Below, in pieces: positions 52,086-62,580 of a stretch of DNA of 64,000 nucleotides. The stretch comes from Fistulifera solaris. Its lineage: Eukaryota. The notes beneath the pieces were generated by a model that did no database searches, was not told where the DNA came from, and saw nothing but the letters and a program-made list of their open reading frames with translations. The stretch is taken from contig AP026124.1 in NCBI GenBank assembly GCA_030295235.1, positions 1,178,001 to 1,242,000 on the forward strand, given 5' to 3'. Every line of letters begins with the position of its first letter. Positions within the stretch are counted from its first letter, which is position 1. A program made the position numbers and the translations under genes.

Positions 52086-52164
52086 GAAGATTGAGTGTTT
52101 AGTCTAGGATCATGTCATTTGAACGTTTACATCGTTTTATTTGAATCATAACACAAGTACAGAT

Positions 52165-53028
52165 TTACTCTTTAGTGCTCTGCTCAATCCCAGTAAGGAA
52201 AACGATATCAGATCCGAGAATAAACGTTTCTGCAGAAGCTGATAATTCGGTCGCTTGTCCATGCAGCGTTGGACCAAAGCCGTTGTATCCGAGGAATTTG
52301 GGTGCAATTGTCAAACAGAGAGCGTCGAAGAGCAATGTCGTCCAGAAGGAGGACAGCACAGCAGATCCGCCTTCCACCATCATCGTTCTGATGCCGAACG
52401 TGTTGTGCAGTCGGTACAAAACATCAGAAAGGTCCAGCGCTCCGTCCGGACGGCATCGGCAAGGAAGTATCTCAACAAATGAATATTTCGTTATGGCCGA
52501 TGAAGCGGACTCGAAACTGCAACAGAATATTGGGGACTTGACCGTTGAGAAATTCCCTTTCATGGCGTCTAATCTTGTCAAGTGAGTATCCAAGATGATG
52601 GGCCTAGGTTGATTCTTTTCATTCTCTGCCCATAATCGGTTCGTTAGCCGAGGTCTATCGACCTCAAACGTCTTCCCTCCCACTAGTATCGCATCATGCA
52701 TGGACCTCAATGCGTGTGTCATTTTAAGTGATGATGGTCCACTAATAGGATATTTGCTACTTGGCATCGATTGCTCAACTGTATTATCATTTAGAGCGAT
52801 TTTCCCGTCTAAGCTTTGCGCATACGTAAGAAGAACAAATGGACGATTCATCTCTTTTGTTTTGAACTGATCAAAATACGCAGCCTGTCTTCTAGCAATG
52901 CTTTCCATGATTGTTGCTATGGTTGCATCGCCTGCGGTGGATGATTGTACCATATGAAAGCTTTGCGCAACAAGCATAAACACAACGGTGACACTTCGTA
53001 AATTCAACGAAATCCGTTGAATCGTCAT
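52165..53028 (-). CDS. RibD C-terminal-type reductase (Rib7-like pyrimidine reductase, riboflavin synthesis)
   Basis: RPFVLLTYAQSLDGKIA, THALRSMHDAILVG, PRPIILD, MMVEGGS, TIAPKFLG; hydrophobic N-terminal extension. Confidence 0.88.
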   Translation of the reverse strand: MTIQRISLNLRSVTVVFMLVAQSFHMVQSSTAGDATIATIMESIARRQAAYFDQFKTKEMNRPFVLLTYAQSLDGKIALNDNTVEQSMPSSKYPISGPSSLKMTHALRSMHDAILVGGKTFEVDRPRLTNRLWAENEKNQPRPIILDTHLTRLDAMKGNFSTVKSPIFCCSFESASSAITKYSFVEILPCRCRPDGALDLSDVLYRLHNTFGIRTMMVEGGSAVLSSFWTTLLFDALCLTIAPKFLGYNGFGPTLHGQATELSASAETFILGSDIVFLTGIEQSTKE

Positions 53029-53744
53029 CGTTACCGTATTGCAATTCTTTCTAAACGGCAATAACAGGTAATCATAAGACAAAATGATGAATTCTTGACG
53101 AATAACAGATTCGTTTTTGGTCAATGTTTCATTTAATACCCCGTATGTTTTTGGGCAACCAATAGAGCCACAGGATACAGGCGATGGAGTTTATTGTGTT
53201 TGTTGCGAGGTCGATCGGCATTCATGGCTCATGCCGTTGATGTTCGGGTCACGGATAATGGATAATCCTGTCACGGATCGGAGAGTGTTGGGAGAATATT
53301 ACTATAGGATTGTACTGTTGGCTTGACTTATTACGATGACTGAATTTCAGTCCCGTCAATTTTCCTTTGTCTTTTTTTTAGGACGCGCGGATTGCGAAGA
53401 AGAAGCGAAGAAGGACTTCTTCACCTACCTCCGTATATTGAAAGTAGCCTAAAATTCCGAAGATTGACGCGAGCCCAACAGAAAACGGAAGGTTTAAGAT
53501 TTCAAATAAACTATAGAGAATTATGTCAAAATCCCGCCTTAGGTGTTTAGTCGTCAATCGTTCGAAAAAAATTGAAGTGTAGCAAATTGTACATAAGTGG
53601 GGGTAGAAAAAGACTCCCCCTTTCAAAGAGGATGCCACTTTGCTGTTCAACGATCAAATTCCATCTTCGATTCGCCTAAAATACATCCGATCACTTTCAT
53701 TCTTCTTCTATTATCAACCTTTCTTGCCAACTAGCTATTGAAAC

Positions 53745-54041
53745 ATGCCGCTCTCTCTCTTTCACCAGCATAACCCCAGCCTGCTTGTCACGATTCGTCA
53801 ATCCTTCAGTTCGGAATCATCTACGGTGGACGTGCATTCCGGTTTAAAAGTTAGACCGGCCAAAGTGTCATCTGATTACTCCGTGTCAAGATTACCCGCA
53901 GCTAATAAGTCGGCAGAACATTTAGACCCAAAGAACAAAGTATTTCGAGCTGTTTTATCTTCAGTGAAGAACGAAGATTCACAGCAAGGCTTTTGGGCCA
54001 TCCAACGGTGTAACGCGTTCGACGACGACGATGAGGAATAA
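53745..54041 (+). CDS. Small hypothetical protein
   Basis: ATG-initiated 98-aa ORF in an otherwise empty interval, ending FWAIQRCNAFDDDDEE; no recognised domain. Confidence 0.35.
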   Translation: MPLSLFHQHNPSLLVTIRQSFSSESSTVDVHSGLKVRPAKVSSDYSVSRLPAANKSAEHLDPKNKVFRAVLSSVKNEDSQQGFWAIQRCNAFDDDDEE

Positions 54042-54868
54042 CTTTCTCACCCAATCGTGCCTCTGTTTCACTATTCCCGAAAACTACGAGAAGCGACAAA
54101 TGCTTCGCTGGGTCTATTCATCACACCGAATAATGCTACCTCCTTTCTTCATGAATTTCCACTGTATACTTGATCTTCCGAAGTTTCTGAACCGATGCTT
54201 TCATCACGCTTCAGCGTAGATTCCACGGTTCTCGCCAAAATCGTACAATAACTTCAACAATCTAATTCACTTTATTATTTTATTTCGTTTCGTTAGCACG
54301 CTATCAAATGCGTTCATTCATTATTTTATTACATAATCTTGCTTCACAGTCCCATCATCCGCTTTCGTGTTTTTACAGTATGGGCGTGTCAACCATAATC
54401 TCTAGGGTTCATCAAAATATTCCGCGCGGCGCCTTAAACCATTTCGATTCAAGGTTAAGTGTTTTTAAGTTAACAACTTCAATTGATCGGCAACTCCTTT
54501 CAGAAGGTTGATCATACTATCTCGATGATTTATAAAAGATACCGGTACTTCGTTTGTACGGAGTAAACCATTATTCGGAGTAGACTCTAGAGGTATGCGG
54601 AGTAGCTGCAGAAAGCGCTATGAGAAGCGCGCTAAAGGCGCATCCAAATCTACTGCTGACTTCCGTTCAAATGGAGTTCGGATCAACAAAGCCAGCTTCC
54701 GTGCTCCATTTAGATTCATCCGCTACCGAAATCAATTTCGCCTGTAAGGCGACTCGACCAGTACAACGCGGAAGATCAACGAGAACAATACTCGTCGTCT
54801 CCCGTCTCCGCCAAGTGATCTGCTATGTGGTGTAAGGGCAAGCGGAGCATCCCAAAATGAAACCCTTG

Positions 54869-55100
54869 AGGGCGATTAAGTAAACCATCAGCGTTTCCCG
54901 CCGAAAGAATTCGTTCCCAGCTTTCGTGTTTCATTGAATACGGACCGTCTCCAGAATGAATAGGCGGGGCGCCTCAACTAATCAATCGCAGTAAATCATC
55001 TTAAGCGATCCTCGTCATATTTCCCGGAACATCTCAGATAAATCGACCTCTAGGGCGATCAGCCGAACCATTAGCGTTTCCCCGCCCAAAGAATCCATTC
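54869..55100. repeat. Degenerate ~183-bp-period duplication of the metallophosphoesterase 3' end
   Basis: 54869-54916 aligns to 55052-55100 at about 80% identity. Confidence 0.75.
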
Positions 55101-56345
55101 TTTGACCCCGCAGCAACCATAAGTTTAGTAGACCGTCGACTGGGAACTGTTTTTGTGTCACTACTGCGGCTGTATCGTCCTCCTTTTACTTCTTTTAGGC
55201 GATCCCGAAGTGCCTCCGTCCCTCCCCCGAACTGCTCCCAATAGCGCAAAACGGTCGGCCCTGATATTTCACCCTGCTCCTCGACGTTCCATATGCACTG
55301 GAACGTGACGTTGGGATTTACCATGTGAAGTGTGCGTTCGCGAGGTTTCCCCAGTGGATTGTGTATATAACGGACTCCTCTGTATTCAAAGTCTTTGGGG
55401 CGATGCGAGTGACCGAATACGTGCACATGCCGAGAAAAATGCCCACTCAACGAACGGAGTTGGTCGTCCAACTTTTGGAGCCGGCTACTTTAGCAAACTT
55501 TGCACTCATTTCCCCTGCTCCGTGGTTAAGCCAAGTCATGGAAAAGTCGTTCTCATCCGCTTCCAAATCATTCCAGTCGGGAAGACATTGCTTATTCGGC
55601 AGAAAGTGCGAGACAGTCAACAGAGCTGATTTCTGGTTGCGATGTAATGCTGTTTGGGAACTCAAAATATTCCACAGTATGGGGGTATTGTATGTGTCGT
55701 GAAAATATTCAACGAGACCTTCGGGTATTCTCTTGTTGGGTTTCGACATGGGTGGAAAGTCGTGCGGCGACCATCTACACCGAATAAAGTCGACCCAAGG
55801 AAAAGCGCCGAAATCCTTACAAAGTTCTTCATTGAAGGATAAAGTACCATCGTACCATGACTGAAGAGGTACAACCCAGAGGGGACTATTCCCATCGAGA
55901 AAGAGTGGGTCGACATGCACACCATGCATCCGGCAAGTCCGTTCCACTCGGTAAAGTTTATCAAAGGACGACTCAAATTTGTCATGTCTCCCAATCCAAG
56001 CCTCGTGGTTTCCCGGAAGAAAAAAAATCTGGCAAGCTTGACGCAAGAGTCGAAGCGACTCTTGCAATCTTCTCGACTCGTGTGAGATATCTCCGGCAAC
56101 AATCAATAAATCATCCTGACAAAGATCGGACGCCGCAACGTTCTGCCGTAACCATTCCATATTTTCCACGTGATCTGTGTGTAAATCGGATAAACAGAAG
56201 ACTCGTTTCACGCCGTGAATTGTTTTGAAAGTCGACGAAGGAGTTCGCGGGGAAATGGCGTCCGTCAGCGCTTGCCCTTTCGAAGCAATGGCTAGCAGAA
56301 TGGCGACACATTGAGCGACGAAAAAGGAAAGCTTCTATTCACCAT
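55034..56345 (-). CDS. Calcineurin-like metallophosphoesterase with probable signal peptide
   Basis: SDLHTD, VAGDISH, PGNHE, SHFLP, HVFGHSH; frameshifts at ~55472 and ~56325. The restored N-terminus is hydrophobic ([19 protein letters not shown]). Confidence 0.88.
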
Positions 56346-56785
56346 GATGCTCTTCTATCGTCAGCAAATCGGTCTAATCTTTCTTGCGTCGTGTGCTACA
56401 GCGTGTGCGTTCACCATGGTTGATCTGTGGCGAATTCTCTCGAAACAACGCACCGACATTGTTTTCTCTTGATGAGGTTTCTTGTAACGGAGTACTTTTG
56501 AAGTAGTCTATATTTGTCACATAGCGACCAAACTGCAAAAAGCAGAAGATACAACTTTTAGGACCATAGTGTTTTCATCCGTCATTAACAAGTAGTAGAG
56601 AAAGTAACAAGGAGTACTACTTTGTACGTACTACAAAAGGACAACTTTCAATAGTCGATGGAAGTTTTAGCGCTGCGTTTTGACCATGGCCACGCGGTTG
56701 CGTATTGAAATCATAAACGGAATGATTACTCACAAGGGGAAGCCTTTTTACTGCTTAAATTTTGTCGTCAACAATAATCCGGGTA

Positions 56786-57691
56786 ATGGATGGTTCATTT
56801 ATTCTCATAATACCCCGCCGTCCACTCGACCCGGAGAAGGTGAAAAATGCTTTAGCAATTTACAAGAAACACTGTGAATCGACTTCTGCAAGAACTCGAA
56901 TTGCGAATGACGTGTTAGTGCTCACGATTCCTCGGTCCCGATTTCTTTGGCATGTTCTGGCTCCGTTCTTTCGATGCGCCAACAGAGGACGAGCGCACAT
57001 TGCTGCTGTGTGGTTACTCCAACACTGTGAACCTGGTAAAGTCCCCCTACCATCGTGCCCAACGTCGGCTGCACAGAAGGGCTCTCCTGGAGAGCCATGG
57101 GCACAGAAACGCTCTCTAAGGAATCGCCGAGATGACCAATTTCCTCAGTACTTTCTTTGGCTTCAACCTTCATCTCATGTGCAACACGAAGACTCTTTCA
57201 CGGGACGTTTAATTGAATGGGAACACAAGCTGATTCGCGCCCAGTCGTTAACAGGATACATTGCTACACTAGGAGGCGGTTTCTTTCTCTGTCATCATTT
57301 CCAAACAGCCATCGCATTAGCCCAACAACAGCAACAATTGGCTCTCTTTCTGAACGATTTTGGCATGTACTATCGATGCATGGTCAATACTGCCTACAAC
57401 TTTGTGTATGCTGGAAAGTTTCAAATGGCACGTCAAGTGATTCAGTATGTTTGGACGCAGGCAAAGTTATTAACGCCGGCGGATCCCGTGCTCGAAAAGA
57501 TGTGTTCCAGCGCTATGCTGTTTTGTAAACGCGTCCGGAAGGCCTCCAATCGCTTGCGCACTTCACGTGTTTCCACGACCATTGACGACTTTGCCCGAAT
57601 ACGCGTCTTTGATGATCAGTCGCACGATTACGACCTTCATAGGCCGTTTAATGGAGACTTTCGCAACATGAATAACTACTTGATAACTTAG
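56786..57691 (+). CDS. Hypothetical protein, DUF4807-like helical domain
   Basis: Intact ORF; IATLGGGFFLC...AQQQQQLALFLND..YRCMVN resembles DUF4807 (from memory, unverified). Confidence 0.6.
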   Translation: MDGSFILIIPRRPLDPEKVKNALAIYKKHCESTSARTRIANDVLVLTIPRSRFLWHVLAPFFRCANRGRAHIAAVWLLQHCEPGKVPLPSCPTSAAQKGSPGEPWAQKRSLRNRRDDQFPQYFLWLQPSSHVQHEDSFTGRLIEWEHKLIRAQSLTGYIATLGGGFFLCHHFQTAIALAQQQQQLALFLNDFGMYYRCMVNTAYNFVYAGKFQMARQVIQYVWTQAKLLTPADPVLEKMCSSAMLFCKRVRKASNRLRTSRVSTTIDDFARIRVFDDQSHDYDLHRPFNGDFRNMNNYLIT

Positions 57692-57737
57692 TAACATGGC
57701 AACGGAAATTGATAAGATGATACTCCACAGAATTCCT

Positions 57738-60000
57738 TTATTTCTTACTGGTTTGAGGTTTCGACGAATGAATTATGTTTGTTGTTTCTTCAGATGGTGT
57801 CGATGCAGCACTGGATTTAACATTGCCCGCAGCTGTTCCTGATATGTCACCATTCGCCATAATCTCCCTTAGCAGCATCTTTGTTTCTGCCAGTAAGCGC
57901 TGTCTATCACTATTTCGCATCTCTGTGCTAGCTGCAAGATATGCCTCTTTAGCTGCGAGCTGCCTTTCCAGTCGAGACAAATTGTCACGCATCTTCACTA
58001 TGTGATCCTTCGCACGTTCATTGTACTTGAACATACCGAAGAAGAGATCGAAGGAATCACCAGCTGTAACGTCTGCAACATCACAGAGCGCAGCATATTC
58101 TTTTGAAACTACCGGAGAAGGGGGAAGCAATTGCTTGTCAGCAAGCAGTCGACCTGTTAGGTGAGTTACAAACTCGGCATTCGCAATCGACTCGTCGTGC
58201 TGCTCCGCACTCATCTCCACCAGTTGGCACCGAGCTTCTGAAAAGATTTTGAGATATCGTTCGAAACGAGGAACATCGGAAATGCGAATCTTATCGTACA
58301 CCATCGGGCGACCATCCCAGGAGTAGGACGCATACGGATTATCTTCCGTGGAAGCAACTGCTGCGATCATCGGATGGGTCGTGACCACGTCGATGTCGGG
58401 ATAGTTTCCAAACTGACGCAGCATAACTGATTTGGGATGACTATTGAGAACACAGGTGTCCACGATAAGTTTGCCTCTTAGCGTTTCTGGCGGGAAATGT
58501 TGAATGGATTCTTCAAAATCAAGTAGCGGTACCGCAAACACGATAATATCAGTCTCTGAAACGAATTTGGAAGATTCGTAGCTCGGATAGAAATCCACTC
58601 CTAACTTTTGAGCTTCTTTTGACTGGTATTGAGGAGAGATGTGAGTAAGTGGAAATGTATATTCGCGTTCATCATGTGAGGAAACTCACCCGATCCTCTT
58701 TGTCGAGACAAACGACATGATGCTTGGCAAGCATTCGTTTGGCCAAGGATTGCCCCAGAGAACCGAAACCAACAATACCAATTCTAAGCGATTGTTGTTC
58801 TTCTTGATCACTGGACAAAGAGAACAAGTCTGGGTTCGTTTTCAAGTCTAAAGCCATGTGCTTCATTCGATCGGCAGCCTCTTTCACTGGGCCCACTAGT
58901 CTGGACTTTCTCGGAAAGGATCCCAAAATTCGCATGAAGTCCGCCTGTTCTCGCAAATGCGCCAAAGCGTTCTGGGTGTTTTCATCCAGCTCGTTCGCTA
59001 GAAAATCCAAATAGAAGCAGTAACGGAAACGCGGAAGGTCGGCTTTGTTTCGTGCCTTTCGCCCAAGCTGTTGGCTTTTAAACTTGAGGAAGTTAAGTAG
59101 AGACGCCGACGTAGGGCGACTCTCAATTTTCGAAAAATCAATATCACGCAATGAAAAGCAGGCGAGGGCTTTGTAAAGAGCACCTGCTGTATTGGGAAGG
59201 GTGAAGACGACAGATGTCTTGGCCGGAATGTTTTTCGTAATGTATGCGCCGACGCCTTGCCGTCCCAACAGCAGGAAGCGAGTAAAATTAGTGTCGTCAT
59301 CTTCAATACCTTCATTCAAGCAATTCATGCCGTAGATTCTTCCAGCTAATGCCGACGCAATGGCCGCCGTGTTTTCCGGGGTGCATTTATCTGGCAGCTG
59401 TCCTCCCTCAGCAATCATCTTTGCACTTCCGGCAGTATCATAGGTTGGTATTGGTGTAATGCCGAGACCACGTAGAAAGTTATCACATTGCGCGAGCGCT
59501 TGTGGATGTGAAATAGCGTACTTAATATCCTCTCGTTTAACTCCTTCTTTTGCAAGGAGGCAATGCTTGACTCTGAATTCATGCTCTGCAACGATAGTGA
59601 GATCATATCGCAACATGAGATCGTAGTTTTCGTGAATACTCCCTCCTAGCGAGTTTTCCACCGGAAGGCACGCGTAATCGCATTCCATAGAAGCTACCGC
59701 TTGAAAGCAATCTTCGAATGACGGACGACCGATAGCCACCACATTCTGACCGAGCAACTCTTTCGTCGACGCATCGGAATACGCGCCCGGGACACCCTGA
59801 TAACACACTCGCAACACCCTTCCCGTTTTATCGGCTCCGCCACCTATACCCGCCTCCGATGCCGTCAGAAAATCCTGTATCCTAGAATTTACGAGTGGTG
59901 TCGAAAGCAATCCTTTTTTGTCGATCGTTTGTAGCAGCTTGGGCGATGCTTGAATCAGCAGAGGCAGCGCCAGCACGAGAAACTTCAGCAGCGTTCCCAT
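57738..60000 (-). CDS. Fused prephenate/arogenate dehydratase (PDT+ACT) - prephenate/arogenate dehydrogenase, with signal peptide
   Basis: YQGVPGAYS, LPVENSLGGSI, SHPQALAQC, NFTRF, SKIESRP, then IGIVGFGSLG, THPM, MSAEQHD, THLTGR, FDLFFGMFKYN. Intron 58623-58689 joins the two ORFs in frame. Confidence 0.93.
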
Positions 60001-60109
60001 TTCCGAAGTCGAACACAATTACCTTGGTGTCAAATTTTGTGAATATAGTGGCGTTGCACTGGATTGAGGTGATCTGTTGATGTTTATGAATGCTTTAATA
60101 CTTACTACG

Positions 60110-60215
60110 TACCTGGTACAAGTACCGGTACCGTGCGTGCGCGTCGTGGTTATGTTTTCATCCAGGACTCTTTCTGTTGAGTCATGAGCATGGGTTCGTA
60201 TTTTGTATACCGGTA
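60110..60215. promoter_or_regulatory. Three TACC(W)GGTA sites between the divergent PDT-PDH and Cox1-c genes
   Basis: Sites at 60110, 60123 and 60208. Confidence 0.45.
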
Positions 60216-60401
60216 CGATGAATGATGACGGCTGGATGACGATGGCCCTAGTAAAAGACTATAGCTTTTAGAGTATTGAAGGCAGGTTCGTGTGTTCGCT
60301 TCGTCTGTTGCGGTCTCTCGTTGCCAATTGCCAACAGCCGATCCGCTTCATCAACACCACTGCATCTGCTGCTTTGAAGAAGTATAAAAGGAATTTTGAC
60401 C

Positions 60402-61019
60402 ATGATCTCTTCCATTCTACGTAAAGCGGCTCGTCCCGTCTCCGCTTCGTTCACCAGAACAGGTAAGGCCAACAGATCGTTGTGCTGTGATTGCTTCTCC
60501 CCTGAGAAAGCACCATCCGTCGTTGGTGACGTAGGATCGAGTACTACGGCTACAGAAGGATACAAGCGACGTATCCGTTTTACGATGTTCGCAACCTTCC
60601 GACTTGTAAGACTTGATTTGTAATGAATATTTTACTCAAATTCTATATCTATTTCAGCCGCATGTGCTCTATCCTCAAATTCCATGGCTTCCGGTGATAA
60701 CGTCATCGTCCCTTTGATTGCCAACTCGCTGGAATTCTTGCTTTCGTCTCCCCCACCAGTCCATCAATTTCAAGAATCTCCCATCGTCGTGGAAACGGAT
60801 CATTTGACTTTGTATCCTGGAAAGGAGGCCGAGGAAGTATTGGCTATGCAAGGACACGAAGTAACGGATGTTATCGGCAAAGAAAAGTGGGTTCAGAATG
60901 ACCCGGCCAAGTATGAAGGATTGATTCCCCAAAACGCCGAATGGACGGAATTTATCGACGAAAAGACGGGTGAAACTGTATACTTGGACGAGTTCGGTGA
61001 CCGAGTCACCAAAGCCTAG
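60402..61019 (+). CDS. Nuclear-encoded C-terminal fragment of cytochrome c oxidase subunit 1 (Cox1-c) with mitochondrial presequence
   Basis: Exon 1 60402-60462 (MISSILRKAARPVSASFTRT), intron 60463-60657, then SLEFLLSSPPPVHQFQESPI, matching the Cox1 C-terminal motif (S/T)LEWxxxSPPxxHxFxExP. Confidence 0.75.
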
Positions 61020-61098
61020 ATTCCGATTGTTCTAAAATCTAGTTGGACATGGTAATTACAATATTAAATAATAATATGAACAGAAATCCTTCTTTACT

Positions 61099-62181
61099 TT
61101 ATGAAACGATGAACATTTTCTGTTCGTCAGTCCAAAAAGCGGAATCAAGAGACCACACGGAAATATTCGTCGCCTCTTTTATCCATTTTTGGATGAGTGG
61201 AGGATAATCATCACCGTTGCGTTCAAGCCTTTGAGGGGTGAAGGGCAAGTCAGCGACAGATGGAGGTAGAGATAAATCTCGCTCGACCCTTTCACCAATG
61301 CTCGCGTGTCGAGATAAAGCGTGCTGGTGTTTCCTTCGTCGATAGAGTATTTCCTTTTGGTTTCCTAGTTTTCCCCAGCCAAGTAATTGAATTGCCAAGG
61401 CCTCGACTAACAACTCATCTTTCATGTGACAGTCCCGAGGCCAGACATTCTGTATCTCATCACTCCATCGCTCTCCGATCTTAATCAGAGTACGCCACTC
61501 TTTACTTATACTCGCAAGCCTCGAAAGGTATCGATAAACAGCCGGTCGCCGTGAGTATATCAAAGCGTTGGATTCCTTTCCGAGAAACGAGTTCAAGTAT
61601 TCCAAAAGATCGTCGTTGGACGTAAGACTTAGTAAAAATAGAACAGTAGCTTGATCGTCGCGATGTTGTTTTTCTGTCAGTATTGTAGAACAGAGACGAT
61701 CGGTAACGACATTTTGAGATCGGGGAATGTGTTGAAAGGAAAACTGCACGCCTGGATATCGAGTTTGCAAAGCGTCCGCTGCTCGTCTCGCTCGTCGGTA
61801 CAGCCATTCCGTTTTTCGTGGACGCGACCCACCATTCATCTGCTGTATCACTGTTTTACAGTCTCCAAGTATATTGACATGATGAATGGACACTTCTGTG
61901 GATGGATCATTCTCGGACCATTGTTGATTCAATCCTTCCAGCCCGAGTATTAATGCTTCGTACTCAACTTCTGTCGAAGTCGTGAGAGAAGAGCAAGAAT
62001 GAAGGATCCGTCCTCCTAAAATATTGTTATATGCTTCATCGAACTGAATAAACGCCGCACATGAAGCGCGCCGCTGTTGTTGATAGGTAGGGAATGTTGG
62101 ATCGACTGGATGACATAAGGAACCGTCAAAGTAAACCGTCGCAATGAGGGCGTCGAATAAGAACTGGAATAGCAACCTCAT
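61099..62181 (-). CDS. Type 1 RNase H-domain protein with C-terminal helical extension
   Basis: VYFDGS, EVEYEALILGL, ILGDCKTVIQQMNG, HIPRSQNVVTDRL (D-E-D-D catalytic set). Confidence 0.8.
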   Translation of the reverse strand: MRLLFQFLFDALIATVYFDGSLCHPVDPTFPTYQQQRRASCAAFIQFDEAYNNILGGRILHSCSSLTTSTEVEYEALILGLEGLNQQWSENDPSTEVSIHHVNILGDCKTVIQQMNGGSRPRKTEWLYRRARRAADALQTRYPGVQFSFQHIPRSQNVVTDRLCSTILTEKQHRDDQATVLFLLSLTSNDDLLEYLNSFLGKESNALIYSRRPAVYRYLSRLASISKEWRTLIKIGERWSDEIQNVWPRDCHMKDELLVEALAIQLLGWGKLGNQKEILYRRRKHQHALSRHASIGERVERDLSLPPSVADLPFTPQRLERNGDDYPPLIQKWIKEATNISVWSLDSAFWTDEQKMFIVS

Positions 62182-62386
62182 ACTAGAAATACAACCGTTT
62201 AATTGCGCCTCTCATAGTGTTGGAACAAATTCAATTTGCATAGTCTATATGTATTTATCGTTGACAGCAACGTGCATGCTAGTTATAAAAAAAGTTTCAA
62301 AGTAACATCATCTTTTCCAAGACTGGATAGAGTTGAGTCGTCGTCATGTTGTCACCCCCAACATTTCGAGCATGAGTAAAATGGGG

Positions 62387-62494
62387 TACCGGTACGGCTT
62401 ATTCTTTGATTGGGCGCAGTTTTTTTCATTATTATACCAGGGTATTCATTTGCATGTTCGTCGCCATCAATTTTTCATTACGGAGTACCTGGTA
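62387..62494. promoter_or_regulatory. TACC(N0-2)GGTA sites between the divergent RNase H and epimerase genes
   Basis: Sites at 62387, 62435 and 62486. Confidence 0.45.
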
Positions 62495-62580
62495 TAGCAA
62501 TGATGCGAAATCGATCATAATAAGAAAGGGTATTCCATACAGCAGAGCATTATACTAACTAAACGTTTCTCTCAAGAATT

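Noticed and set aside
61099..62181. LTR retrotransposon suggested by the RNase H domain
   Set aside because: No gag, protease, RT, integrase, LTRs or target-site duplication; flanked closely by ordinary genes.
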